From Camelus dromedarius (Eukaryota), in the NCBI RefSeq assembly GCF_036321535.1, contig NC_087437.1:106952001-107016000 (forward strand): 64,000 nt of DNA, in the 5' to 3' direction. The notes beneath the pieces are model-generated. The model was not told the origin of the DNA. It saw only the letters and a program-made list of their open reading frames with translations, and ran no database searches. Of the stretch, positions 37,111 through 50,660 are shown piece after piece. The position numbers and the translations under genes are program-made. Numbering within the stretch: position 1 is the first letter of the stretch; every line of letters begins with the position of its first letter.

Positions 37111-38202
37111 GGAATTTTTTCTGATTAAAGTCCTACCAGAATGAAAGAAGCTGATGAAATCCAGCACTCTGTAGAAGCTGTGGCTTTCAGATGGACAGCT
37201 GGCTGCTGTGTTTTGGTATCACAGTCTTCAAACATATAGTAGGAATCTGATTGACTCACTCAAGCATGCATCTACTTGTTATTAACTTTGCTTTTCAGAC
37301 TGTTGCTATCACTGACAAGATGACACTTAGGCCCACTGCATTCTTAAGCCTGTCCCTTTTGGTACAGGCAGATTCTAACAAAGTTTTGCTCTGGAGAGTA
37401 TGGCCAGTGACTTTATAATTCTAGAACCTCCAGCAACTATAAAGAGGACTGGATAAATTGCATTTGGTAGGTTACTTGACAGCAGATTTGCACAAAGAAT
37501 GCCGTGGGCTATGGTGAAATAATGTGTGCTACTTGTGGCAGGCATGCTTGGAATATAAACGCACTCAGCTGTGTTCTCAAGAAGGTGGTGTAGGAAATAA
37601 GACAGAAGTTAAAGGGAGTACCTCTTTGGGCCTTTTAGTATACATTCAGTAAAGCATGTAATAGAATTGCTTTACATCAAGGAAAGCTTCTTTTTGAAGG
37701 AATTTTAGAGGCTTTTATGAAATAGTATGGGAAGTTTGTATTTGTGTCTAACTGCAGAAAAATACATTATTATAAGATTTTTTTCTTATTATTATTTAAG
37801 CAAAACGTATTTAAGAAAGATATAAAGAAATCAAAAGGGAGAAAATAAAAATAATCTACCATCCTAGAAATAATTTAACATAGCCCTTCCACGTTCCTAT
37901 ATAGAAGATTTTTATACGCTCTATTTGTGTATACATTATTTTAATGAGAATATATAGTATTGGAATCTGCTTTTTGTAGTTCATTTAACAATGTATGGGT
38001 AACATTAATGATAATGAAAACATTGTATAATAGTCATTTGAATGGTTGCTGAGAGTTAGTTTTACTGATGGATCCTAATTATATAATTTCATTGCTGATA
38101 AACATTGCTAAACTTTTCCTTTCTAGCTCCTTCCCACCCTCTCTCATTTTCTTACTTATTTTTGGTATAGTTCGTGTTACAATTATCATCTTAATAGCTC
38201 TA

Positions 38203-38219
38203 CACGTGATCCACACGTG
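38203..38219. promoter_or_regulatory. Tandem E-boxes CACGTG-N5-CACGTG (ChoRE architecture; candidate)
   Basis: CACGTG ATCCA CACGTG is directly visible; function untested. Confidence 0.35.
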
Positions 38220-38829
38220 ATTATCCTTTTATGCCAAATAACCAGATTTGCAAGTAGTGTACCACAGTGTGGAGACCAGGTGGGCTCAGAAGGGCACCAG
38301 TAAATAGTATATTCATATTTTCCACCATTAGCCCTTTCGACTTCCATTGTGAAACAGTTCTTTTGTTCTACAACTGTATTAAATCTTAGGTAAGTTTCAT
38401 AGGTATTCATGACTCTCTTAGTTAATAAACAGATGCTTTGCTTGACACCTAAAAGAACTGTCCAAAACTTGAAAGAATGCTGTGGTCTAATGTGATTAGA
38501 CGTTCCTTCTGGGAGTAATTACCACTCCTGATAAAGTCCTCCAGCAATTCTCTGATGAATGTTAAACCGAAGAGCCCCACCTAAAATTCTAAGTGTTCAA
38601 ACTTAGGAAGAGCCCCATAATTTTAAATTAGCCATTGTGTTATATTTTATCCAATCTTAACAACTATTATATAGCCATTTTACTGTATAGAATGTCCTTC
38701 TCAGGGCAGCTGTATGAATTGACATGTTCATAAGCTCCTGTCTTTGTGTCAAATTTCAAGACAAACTTTAACATATGTTCATGATCAATTTGTCTGAGAT
38801 GATGCTTTAACAAACGTTAGAAAGTTCTA

Positions 38830-40150
38830 TCTCAAGACCATGTGGGGTTTATTCTAGCTAGCTAAATATATATTTTTAAGAAACTGATCAACATAATTGA
38901 ATAAAACTACATTTTTGAATAAAAAATGAAGGTCATGAATCATATCAAAAGATACAGAAAAAGCATTTGGTTATATTCAACACTTATGATTAAAACAAAC
39001 AAACAAACAAATTCTTGCAAATTAGAAATAGAAAGGAATTTTCTTAATTTGACAAAAGGAATAGTTAACCTATGGGAAGAAACATGCACTGTGGTGAAAT
39101 ATTGAAAATATCCCCTCAAGATTAAGAACAAGATGATGGTACCTTTTCTATTCAATATTTTAATTGCCTTTAGCTAATAAGATAGGACAAGAAAAAAAAG
39201 TGTAAGGATAGTTAGTCATGAAATAAAGATGCCATTATTTATAGAACAAGATGATTACATATGTAGAAATTCCAAAGTAAGTTTTTAAATATTAATAGTA
39301 GTAGAGTTAAGTTAATAGTAGATTGAGCAATGTGACTATTACTAATGATTATAAACAAACAAAAAAAGCTTGTTTATGTACCAGCAACAAATGTATAGGA
39401 AAAAAGTTGTAAGAAAGATATTAGTTATAATAACATCAAAAAATCAAATACCTGAGAATATATCTAAATAATGATGTGCAAAATCTTTTTCCTAAAATCC
39501 AAGAACCAATTGATTGACATGAAATGACACCTGTATAAATTTTGAAATATTTCATGAGGTTTTGGAAGCCTCATTATGGTAAAGATTTGAATTATTTTCA
39601 TATCAATCTAAAATCCAATAATATTGCAATAAAAAAATAGTATCAGGATTTGCTTGTTTGTTTATTTTAGGAACCACTAAACTGAATTTAAAATTCACTA
39701 GGAAATGCCAAGGGTCAAAGATGGCCAAGGCAATCTGGTAAAAAACAAAACTAAAGGACCTACACTATATATCTAGGTTATTACGGAGCTATAGTAATTT
39801 GGAGTGTGGTGGAAGTTCACAAATAGACAAATAAATCAATAGAACAGAATAGGGTCCCAAATTAAACTGATATATCTAGTCACATTATTTGTAAAAGCAA
39901 ACATAGTTCATTCATAAAAAGTGTTTTTCATAAATAGACTGGGCCATTTGGTATTCAAGTGGGGAAAAAAAAAAGATCTAGATCCTAACTCACCACATAG
40001 AAAAAAAGTATTTTTCAGATAAATTGTGGATCTAATGGTTAAAAGTAAAACAGTTAAGATATTAGAGGAAAATGTATGTGACTACCGTCATGATTTTGAT
40101 TAAATAAAATTAAACAAAAGCTCTAAGCATTCAAGAAGAAATTCTATTCA
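38830..40150 (+). mobile_element. Old L1M ORF2 RT-region fragment
   Basis: 'gaccatgtggggtttattc' (DQVGFI), 'catatcaaaagatacagaaaaagcatttg' (ISIDAEKAF), 'agacaaataaatcaatagaacagaatag' (DQWNRIE). Confidence 0.8.
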
Positions 40151-40891
40151 AGAAGTTGTTTATCACTATGCACATTAAGTCTTCTGCTATGTTTGTGATA
40201 GAGTAACTGGATCCAGATTTTTTTTCTCCTGCCATGAATATTTAGAAAACTGGACCAAAATTGTAACAGTTTTTAGAACTCAGAACACAGAATTGTGATC
40301 CCTGAGATAAGGGAAACAAAAGAAGGGAGCTGGAGGGAAGCCCTGGCTGTCTGGGTGGAAGCACTTTCTGGATCATGGTGCAGGAAGTGGAAACATAAGA
40401 ATGGCACAGTGGTCCCACTGATTTGAGGAGATGGACTCCAGTTTTGGAAGAATCAGGAGCTGCAATTTGCAAGGAAGAGTGTTAGGGAGCACAGAACTGC
40501 ATGGAGAAAGCTCTAGAAATCCACATAGGGATGCCCTTAATTGGGTTGATGAATATCACACCTCATATGTGTAGGGTGAAAGGGAGATTGGGAAAGGAAC
40601 ATCCAGGAAGAACGTAATCTGAACACTTCTCAGACCTTATACAGGGATGGAAGACACTTTGTATTTTAACCAGACAGAGTAACTGTAGTCATTCAGCATC
40701 TGGGACGCGGGGTGAGGATGGTAGGAGGTCGTGCCTGTGTAATGTAGTGTAACCTAGGGTAATGGCTTCTCCAGACCTGACCTAACGAAGCGGAGGAACA
40801 AGGAAACATCAAGCAGCTCTGCAGTTAATTTTACAACTTGGCAGAATGAACTTTAACACTCCTGAACGGAAGACTATAAAACCCAGTCCTC

Positions 40892-41213
40892 CATAATGAA
40901 CTCATCTACAAAACAGAAACAGACTCGCAGACATAGCAAACAATTGTTTATGGTTACCAAAGGAAAGGGGGTAGGAAGGGATAAATTTGGGAGTTTGAGA
41001 TTTGCAAATATTAGCCACTACATATAAAAATAGATTAAAAAAACAAATTTCTTCTGTATAGCACAGGGAACTTTATTCAATATCTTGTAATAACATTTAA
41101 GAAAAAGAATATGAAAAAGAATATATGTATGTATATGCATGACTGGGACATTATGCTGTACACAAGAAACTGACACTTTGTAACTGACCATACTTCAATT
41201 TTAAAAAAAGAAG
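40892..41213 (+). mobile_element. LINE-1 3'UTR fragment with TSD, inserted in probable older L1M sequence
   Basis: 'aatgaactcatctacaaaacagaaacagactc...tatagcacagggaact...tacttcaattttaaaaaaa'; TSD ataaaacccagtcctc (40876-40891) / ataatatccagtcctc (41214-41229). Confidence 0.9.
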
Positions 41214-41639
41214 ATAATATCCAGTCCTCATCAACGTAAATTCACCATGTCCAAAATTACTGGACACGCAAAGATATGCAAAAATGAAGAAAAATGTAAC
41301 CCATTAACAGGAGAAAAAGTAGGCAAGGGAAAAGACACAAATGGCCAAAAAATGAAGGAATTAGTAGATAAGATATTAAGAAAGCTTCTATATTTATGCT
41401 CAATGTGTTCAAGTATTTAAAGGGAAATGAACATAATGAGAATAGAAATAGGAGATGAAACAAAGAGCATATAGAGAAAAGAACATGTAAAACAGAGAAC
41501 AAGAAAAAATTCAGTGAACAGGCTTAAAAGCAAGAATAGTTGCTGTAGAAATTCATTAGTAAACTTGAAAGTAAAGTAATTAAAAGTATAGGAACTTAGG
41601 CAAAAATAAAGAAGAAAGACTGAAGTTAATGACCAGACA

Positions 41640-42119
41640 TGCTATCAGAGGATGGACTGTGTCCCCCCACCCCAAATCATATGTTGAAGTGCCAACTTCC
41701 ATTATCTCCAAATGTGACCTTATTTGAAAATTAGGATCGTTGCAAATATAATTAGTTAAGTTAAAATGAGGTCACACTGGAGTTAGGGTGGTCCTCCAAT
41801 CCAATGACTGATGTCCTTATAAAAAGGAGAAACTTGGACACAGACACCCAGGGACAATGTCCTGTGAAGACAGGGGCAGAAATTGAGGTGAGACAGCTAC
41901 AGCCCAGAAGGAATACCAGACTGCCAGCAGACCACCAGAAACCCGGAGGGAGGCGTGGAGCGGATTCTTCCTCAGAGCCCTCCAAAGGAACCAGCTCTGC
42001 AGACGTCTTGAGCTCAGACTTCTAGCCTTTAGAATTTATTGTCAGATAATAAACCTCTATTGGTTAAACCACCTAGTTTGTGGTGCTTTGTTATGGCATT
42101 CCCAGGAAATTAATATACA
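41640..42119 (+). mobile_element. MLT1B/C-like solo LTR
   Basis: 'tgtccccccaccccaaatcatatgttgaag...aatgtgaccttatttg...ggattcttcctcagagccctccaaaggaaccagctctgc...ttgttatggcattcccaggaaattaatataca'. Confidence 0.88.
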
Positions 42120-43681
42120 TGCAAAAAAACCCCAAATAAATCTATAATTTAAGGAAGTGGTCAGAAACAAATAAATTCCCTCACAGAGCCTGCTAGCATT
42201 GTGTATGGAGTATGGGTGAAGAGAAAATGCATACCATGAAGATATTAAAAAAAGGCTGAAGTTGATGCCAATTAAAAAAAATACATCATTTAAAAAAATA
42301 GATTTCATTATGGTATCATAAAACCAGTTTAAATTACCTTTGCTTGGTGTATTTCTTCACATGAAGAGAGCTTTTAAAATATAGTGTTGAGATATGAATG
42401 ACACTTACCAGGAGCAAAGTGTGAAGTACAGAAATATAGTTTATGATTAATTGGGTTTTATTATTAATGTCTTGTATTTTGCTGGCTCAAAAAACCCAGC
42501 ATGCTATCACATCCAAAAGGTTTAAATTTAGCTCGAAATGTCTTGAAATCATAGCAGGAGGGGCCGTGTAATTCAAATTTTCTCTTTGTGCTTCTCTAGT
42601 CTTTAAGACTAATGGAATTGGTTGGTGAATTATTATTAAAATGTCTTTCAAGTTTGAGGCTTTTCCCAGCAAGTTATTCGGAATGCATGTTGTTATCCTT
42701 TTACCAGCTCTCATCTGTACTTTATGGGTCAGTGACTAAAACACAGGATGCTCTGTAAGTCAGAGTGACTTCAATATAAAAGATGTCAAGGAAGCAAAAT
42801 TGCCTGCCAAGCAAATCTTTATCTTAATTAGCTACCAGAACATAAAAAGTTTGCTTCTGTGCCTAAAAAGTAATACAGCTGCGTGCTTATGTGTAGCCCT
42901 TAATTGCACTACCCGATGGAGATTTTTTTTTTGCATAGGTCACCAGAGATGCTGAAATTTTAGAGAAAAATGAACCCTTTTCTCGGATGTAATATATTCT
43001 GCAGAAGAGTGAAGCATGCACATTTCCGTCAGAACAGGACTTACCTGGCTTTCAGAATACCACATGGGTGCTTCAGATTTGAGGCCACAATTTTCAAATG
43101 GCAGTTCATCTTTATGTGGCAGAAAAAGGTGTTCTTGTGTCAGTATTCCCCTGAAACTCACAGGCAATACTTTTTATTTTTTTCTTCTTAGAGAAATTGA
43201 GAAGAGGAAAAGTTTCCGAATTGCTACTGAGCATTTCAATCTGTATCATTTTTACTCTGTGAGACAGCGTCACCGTAAAGCTACAAACTATTCCACGAGG
43301 ATTTTCTAAGTGAATTCATTTGACAGAGGCGATTTGCTGGTAACCTTACTTCTCTTGGATATAGCAGCAATCACACCACCTTGTCCATAACTGTTAAAAT
43401 ACAGCATTCTATATTATTTGTCCAAGTCTGGCATACCATTGCATGTGGATACATGACTGTTCTTGGAATTTTGAAACACTGCTGACAGAAACCCACATGA
43501 GATAAAAGTCTAGCAGTGGTGGCAGGGGAGGAAAGTTACTCAGTGACTCCGCAAGTGTTTACTGAGAATTTACTATGCACGTGACTATAAAAGGCTGGAT
43601 GGGAGATGCGAAGACAGACGACTTCAGAAACTGATGAAGTGTGATGATAGCTTGTGCAAGTTGGATCCCGAAGAGACTCCT

Positions 43682-44246
43682 TGTAGCATCGTACTTCTGG
43701 ACTACCATTTACAGCTCAGATTCTCTGCTTCGGACTGCAGAATGTGCCTTGTGCCTGCCATGTTGCCTCAGATGGTCACCATTTTGAAGAGTAGCAACTG
43801 TGCTGAATCCTTTCCATTTATTCCCTCTAGTTCCACTTTCCACCTCTTTCCAACCCACTCTATGCCCAGGATGCTGAGTTTAGACCAGAGGTTCCCCATC
43901 CTCTGGGTTCAGGTTGGGTTCAGCCAATGAGAAGCATGGACAGTAGAGTGAGGCTAGGCTATATATTCCTTAGGCTCCCTTCCTGAGTGTTGGCTGCCTC
44001 CCCTCTACTGGAGGTCAAACTTTCTCTCAGCGATCCTTCTCCGTGCCAATGCCCTCTTCGAGTCCCAGGTCTGAGTCACTGTTTTCTACTCTTCCCCTTC
44101 TGACCCAGGGATGGCAGCTCTCTCAGTTGCTAGCTTCAGATTAAACACCATCCCTTTGTACATCACCCCTTTATTAGACTCCCTCTTCAGATTGCTCAGT
44201 TTCAGTGTGGCATCTATTCTTAACAGAATCCTAGATGGATGATACA
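43682..44246 (+). mobile_element. ERVL-type solo LTR (LTR33-like)
   Basis: TG...CA termini; 'gttcagccaatgagaagca' and the 3' end 'cccctttattagactcc...gtgtggcatctattc...gatgataca' resemble a recalled LTR33 consensus. Confidence 0.65.
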
Positions 44247-44594
44247 GCACCCAAACCTACAGTTGAGATATGTATCTATAAAGCCCATACTTTCAAACGA
44301 GTAGACTTGTATTATTTTAAAGAAGATGTATACCTGTGACTGTGTGATTTGAGATACTTCGTTCATGGCTTTTTGGGTATAATGATTGCAAAAAGGAGCC
44401 ATACTGACATTGTTCATATTTTTCCTAATTAGCAGCGTCTTTGAAAGAGATTGGGATGACAGGCTAACTTCATGTTACCATTTCTGGCAATGCTTCCTGG
44501 TTTATGCATCCAGAGTAGAATAAGTGTTAAAAATAGGTGGTTTTCCATATAGATGTGTAATAAATATTCTAGATTTAAAGATGGGAGATAAGGG

Positions 44595-44644
<50 letters not shown>
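44595..44644. repeat. (TG)n microsatellite
   Basis: Directly visible. Confidence 0.97.
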
Positions 44645-44646
<2 letters not shown>

Positions 44647-47128
44647 AGAGTAGGCAAAGAGGATTATAGTTTGAGTTCCAATAGTTGGTATGGAAACATA
44701 TCATTTTAGTAACATGCAGATATCTATTGTGTTGTTTCACACCTTGACCAAAATATTTCCCATTTACTGGTGCTATGAATACAGATTGGGCAATCTCTTT
44801 TAGCACAAGATGAAAAGGTGTAAGGATCACCTCTCTTCTTTCTATCTCATTAGTAAAAATAATAAGTTGATAGATGGGAAGAAAAAAGTATTCCAAGAGG
44901 GATGTCAAAAAGAGGACATTTTTGAAGAAGGAAAGCAGCATCAGGACCATCACAAAGAAGTCAGTAAATAGAAAAATATTTTAAATTCTTAAAAGAATTA
45001 TTTTACTTTCTAAACTATTTAAAATAAGGCAATAGGTAAAATTTACTTTCAAGGAGGGTCATTCCAGAGCTGCTTAGCAGTAGTCCCCAGTGCTGCATGG
45101 AACAAAGAAGGCGATTTGATAGGTGGAGGAAGGATGATTCTGATCTCTCAATAAAGTGAGGGCTCTGGCTGCTGATGGTTTTCTGAGGAATGGTGGAGAA
45201 GTGGAGAGTGGTGGAGAATATTTCATAGATGGCCTGTCTCCTCACTGTAAGTATCTGATATGTAGTAATGAAACTCCTGAGACTGAACCAGCTCAAAACT
45301 CCCATGTCTACTGATTTGTGTAGAAACAAGTTCTATCATCAGAATGAACTGGTAATTTTAAGGAAATTGAAATCTTAGGAGGACGATTGATGACTGAGGC
45401 CACATGGAAACCATTTACCTTGATCTCTCATGGGAAATGAAAAATTTTCCACCAAGTTGATTTAAAAATGGAATTTGACTTCTTGGTCTATGACTTATGA
45501 TTCCTACATGAGTGCCTTTTGAATGGGATAGTCTATCTCATGTGTTCTGGGGAGAATGTGTTTGACAGAAAAGTTGTTTACCTAACCAAAAGGACTATTG
45601 AAATGAAATATGAGACAAAATAAACATTAAGAAAAACCCAAACGTGAATCTGGATCCTAAGGAAAGCCACAGCTAAAACATAGCACAATGACAATATGGC
45701 TGATTTGAATCAATCTCTTGGTGGAATAATAATGTTGAGCTTCTGAGTGATCCAACATAAAGGCATTTTGCTTTCACCGACCTGTGATGTTTTTACAATA
45801 AATAATGAGGCAGTCTTCTCTCCATATATGTAACATTAGTGGGCTTGACCTAGAAATGGTACAGATCTAATTGGAGCTATAGTTTTCTTTCTATAAATCT
45901 CTCATTTTGGGAGGCACAATAAACTGTATTCAAAGAATAGTTAAAGAAACTATGTACAGTTTAAGCAAATAAATTGGGCTTAGTTCTAAAATGTATGATC
46001 TTTAGATGATTGCTATCTGTGACTGTAGACTTAATCACCGATCTTCCTGACTTCTGATGTCCCTGCTACCTTTAGAACATTCCAAATACCTCAGACCTCA
46101 CACCTTAAAATGACAGAATTTCAAACTTCAGTAAGAAAAGGATATGGTGTGGCAGCAATTTTACTACCTACTGTGACTTTACCTAAAACTATTCTTAAAT
46201 ATACTGGTATAATTATAGTAAGGCAGGAGTTTAATTATATTTGTGTTTTGAGTTAGAATATTACAAAAGATCTGCTTATAATTTCACAAAGCTGTGATGA
46301 AAAAATGTGTTCTACTTCATTTCTTTTTAGGTTCTGACAGAACATATGGTCAGAAAAGAGCAATGGCACTGAGATGATTTTACTTGCAATTTATTTTTTT
46401 GGAGAGGTGCCATTTTCTTCAAGAGAACAGTTTATCAAATTTGTCAGAAAGTATTGATGTTCTCTTAAACAGCTAGCTCATTCTTATTTATGGTAACTGT
46501 GATCCATGGTAACCAATACTCCAGCTATCTGATTCACACTGATGTGATCATGTGATCCGGGTGTCTTTCTTTGCAAAGCAGGAATCATAGATCCTAATGA
46601 ACGGCTTATCTTTAGCTAGTGGAAAAGTATCGCAGCATGCATTTTGTCCATTACTTTCCATCATGGTGTTAGCTTATTTTTCCCAAATTGATGTTCCTTT
46701 TACTTCATATATTAAATGTTTAAAATCTCATTGAGTTGTGTCCATTTTTGTAAGCCAACTTAAACCCTTTCTGAAGCAAGCCAGTGTATAAATTAATGAG
46801 ACATATAGATCACAGATAGGTGAATAGATAGATAATAGATAATTTAGAATTCAGTCATTATTAAATAGTAGAACTATAAAGATATATGGTGCAGTGGAAA
46901 GACTAATAAACTAATTCACAGAAGAACTCATGCTTGGTTCCCATTTCACCCTTAACTAGCATCCGGGAAGTTAAAAAAGAATATTGTAAAACTGTTAACT
47001 ATTAAAATCCATTAAAATGCATCAGGGCATTTGCTCCATTGACTGAAAACAGCATATGAAAGCTCCTTTACATTTTAAGATTTTGCTTCTTTGGTTTTTA
47101 TTCCTATCTCATTCTCTGCAGGGCTGTG

Positions 47129-47219
47129 TTCTTTTTTTGTTCGTTTGTTTTTTCTTCTTTTTTTCTTTTTTTCCTTTTTCTTTTTTTTCTTTTTCTTTCT
47201 TTCTTTCTTTTTTTTTTTT
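47129..47219. repeat. T-rich polypyrimidine low-complexity tract
   Basis: ~90 bp of (C)TTTT runs. Confidence 0.95.
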
Positions 47220-50200
47220 GCTACATTAAAAAAAATATGTGAATTGTTAAGGATAAATAGTATTTATATGGTCACCAGCAACAAACCCAGATTAAAAACA
47301 TTATAAAATGTCAAGACATTTTCCATCCTGCTTTGCTTTTTCTTCTTGAAATAAAATGGCCAGTTTTATAAAATTATGCTACTTAGCCATATTCGTTGGA
47401 CCTCAGTAGATATCTCACAACAGTTCCCAGCAGCCCCACTACCTCTGATTGGATGGCTTCATTCCCAACATGAAATATCAAGAAAAGAATCCTCAGCTCC
47501 CTGGAGGTTGTGCGGAAAACCACTAAAGAAACCAGGAAAATAGAAACCTTACCTATGTGGATACTACTCCTAAATCTCCTATCAATTTTTGAATTTAGTA
47601 GATTGGAAAACCATAAAAAAAAAACAAAAAAAAAAACCTAGCTGCAGGGCTGTGGAATTATCACTGACCACTGAAGTGAGGGCTGTAGTCCCACTTCTGG
47701 TTGTGAGAGTAGAAAGACACATCTTTTTGTGAATTATATTTAGGACCTAAACCAATGGACTCCGGGTCCCTCATCATCCTCACTAGGTCACAGACCTCCA
47801 CTTTAGACCTTTCTTCAATCTGATGTTCTCAAGGGAGGGGCTTTTAAGCGTCTAGCAGCAGACTCCGTCTAGAAAACACCCTCAGTAATTACTGACCTAA
47901 CCGCTACTGCACATCTGTTCTGGGCTTCAGTTTGTAAGACCCAAATGCCCAGGAAGCTTGGCTGTCCTACATTGCTGTCGATTTCATTGTTTGCTGTTTC
48001 AGTATTCCTGATTGCCAGCAAATATAGGAATATTCCCACTGTCACAGTTGGGCAATCGGAGGAGGATGGAAGGTTATTCCCCAAAGTCACAGGGTGGTTA
48101 AGGTAAGAACTATGCTACGTACTCAAGCACTGAACAGCATTTCATTAGAGGATTACCTGGGTGAGGGTACAGCTATCCAGATACTCAAGCCTCTTTCTAC
48201 TTACATCTCTAAGAAATAGTTTTTTCTCCCTCAGCTTAAAAGAGGACACTGACAACTTTATTATTTCTGCATATTAAAAGGGGCATAAATAAAAGCAGTT
48301 TAAAAACCACCACCAGGAGAGTATGAAAATGCAGAGGAATCATTCCTCCCTAAATTGCAATAACTTAATATTTTAAAAGATTGAAGACATAGTTGGGCAC
48401 ATGCTGCCTTGGGGGAAAAAAGCCCAGTAAAGCTCATGTCAGGATGAAAATTCTGTTTCTTTACTTAGTTCTCATAAGCATATTTGACGATAATTTAAAT
48501 TAATGAGGCAGTGGGAAAACTTCACTTTGCATTGCAGACGGAGCAGAGAAACACATGATTCAGTAGGAAAATAGATTTAATAACTGTGAACATGAACCAT
48601 ATCATGATAAAGGTCAGAATGGTGTTTTCTCCTCTCGTAGCAAGTAGAATCAAAATAGTAGGAAAGGCATCCTTTTAAAATTCCTAGAACATACCATTAA
48701 TAGGAAGAAACCTTGGTAATAAATGTTGTTTTTAAAAAGTCATCCTCTTTTCTGATCCCAGAATTAAACAAAAAAGGGTGTTACTTATATAGATACCTGG
48801 TTTATATGCAAGGAAAACTTTAGGCCTGTGAAAATTTTTCTTTAAAATTGTCAGCATATATTATGTTAAGATAATGTAAAATTTAAAAAGAAACCATTCA
48901 AATTTGGCCTCGTTGATTTGTATTAACCAACTTGCCACATGTTTCTAAACTTTCTCTGTTGAATGTGCTATGCAGAGAAGTCTTTAGAACCTAGAAGGTT
49001 GGTATGACACAAAATGAAACTACAATCTATGTAACTCCAATAATTAGCATCTTTTGTGCTTAGCAAGAATCAGAAATAATTAGAAATGTTGTTTAAAGAT
49101 TGTCTTAATAGCACAAAATGTGAAACAGAAAGGTTTAGCCAAATTATGTCCAAAATAAGCTGTTTTAAAACACTTTTCTTTGCATAATATAAAATCACAG
49201 ATCCAATTAAGTTCAATAAGAAGAAAGAAGACTGAGCTAGGGCTCTGCTTCACTAATCTTAAAAGTCAGCTACTTGAGCATCACTGGGCTTAGGAGTTTA
49301 ATCAGCACATGTGCTTGATTGGTTTCTCCTGACCTGAAGACCAGCGTAATTAACAAAATATGCAGCTCATCTCAATATTTCTTCTCCTATAGCATGAGCT
49401 TGAGTGAAACCTGAAGAAAGATGAGACAAACATCTCATCTGGTTTTGAAAAATGAGCTATTATTCCCATGGGAACTTAAACATTGTTTCTGTTTTAAGCA
49501 CTTGAAGATATTTCGGTAAATATTTATCCAGCCATCAGCTAAATGGAATGCATCGTTAACATAAGGCAATTGATAGTATCCTGATTCATCTAGATTAGTG
49601 AGGGGGAAAAAGGAGGAAGTTCATTAGCGTAGAAGCTGGAATGGATTCTCCTTGGCTGTGTCTTACTTTGATTAATGTGACTCAGTCACCTACTGTGTGC
49701 TTTTATCTTCGGCAATCTCAAACCCATAGGACTTCAGGAAACACTAAATGTCTTGCTTTATTTCTACCATTTTCCTAACTTGTGGGGTAAATTGCATGGT
49801 TTATCCTAGTGCTCAGACTTTAAAAGGTAAGATCTTTGATTCTTTACTGATTCACTTCCTCCCTTGGTAGCTTGTTTATCCATTAGTCACCATTTTTTCT
49901 TCCCAGTAGCCAAACTGTGTTTCTCAATTTCTATCTCTAATCATTTTGGATTCAGTTCAGATATAAAGAGAGGGTTTGGTAAGATTTTACTATGAGCCAT
50001 AGTTTTTGTTTTTACTTTAACGTCTCAGTCATCGCTTCAAAATGCCCTGCCTTAAAATTTAGAAATGGTCAACATCATTCTCTCTAAACCATTTCATGTG
50101 ACTTTATTTCATGTGGAATCACCTCCAGATTTTGGCCTTTCCTATGTTCTTTCATGTTCTTTCAAAGGAATCTGGTTTTCCTTTGTTCTCCCTTCTTTTT

Positions 50201-50414
50201 CCCATTCTCATTTTTACCTCGGCTTTCTCTAGGTCATGTTCAACATAGGTTTTTCTGGTTTTCTCTGTTTCTTTCCCAACTAAGGCTCCACTTGACTTCA
50301 TCAACTGCAGGAAAACTATGCAAATAGTGTAAGAAAGGCTTTTATTGTTCCTCTCAAAGGGACAGCAGTCCAGTTTTTCTACCTATGGGATAATGTACCA
50401 AAGTCACATTAGCT

Positions 50415-50660
50415 TGGTGCGTGGAAAGAGCATTAGAACATTAGTGTTGGAGTCAGCAAAGATGAACATAGCCCGGGCTGTAACTCCCCTGACTCTGTGA
50501 CCCTAACTTAAAAAACGTCTATAAATTTCGGTAGTCTATACTTAATATTGGGGTAATCATGTCATATTGCTCCTGTTTAAGGCAGTTTGGAGTGTTGACT
50601 GAAGTCAGGCATTAGAAAGCAATTTGTTCATCATAAACGCTATACAAATGCAAGCTATTA
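50415..50660 (+). mobile_element. MIR-like SINE
   Basis: 'gtggaaagagcatt...tggagtcagca...gactctgtgacccta...taaacgctatacaaatgcaagctatta'. Confidence 0.55.

Noticed and set aside
44429..44953. 174-aa ORF with THTHTH run
   Set aside because: The run is the translated (CA)n microsatellite and the rest has no recognisable homology.
46490..46513. Paired ATGGTAAC RFX half-sites
   Set aside because: Neither forms a full X-box; too weak without conservation data.
47129..47219. T-tract as a retroposed tail or functional triplex
   Set aside because: No attached element or TSD found; treated as ordinary low-complexity sequence.
49419..49440. 8-bp inverted repeat AGATGAGA...TCTCATCT
   Set aside because: Too short; expected by chance in 64 kb.
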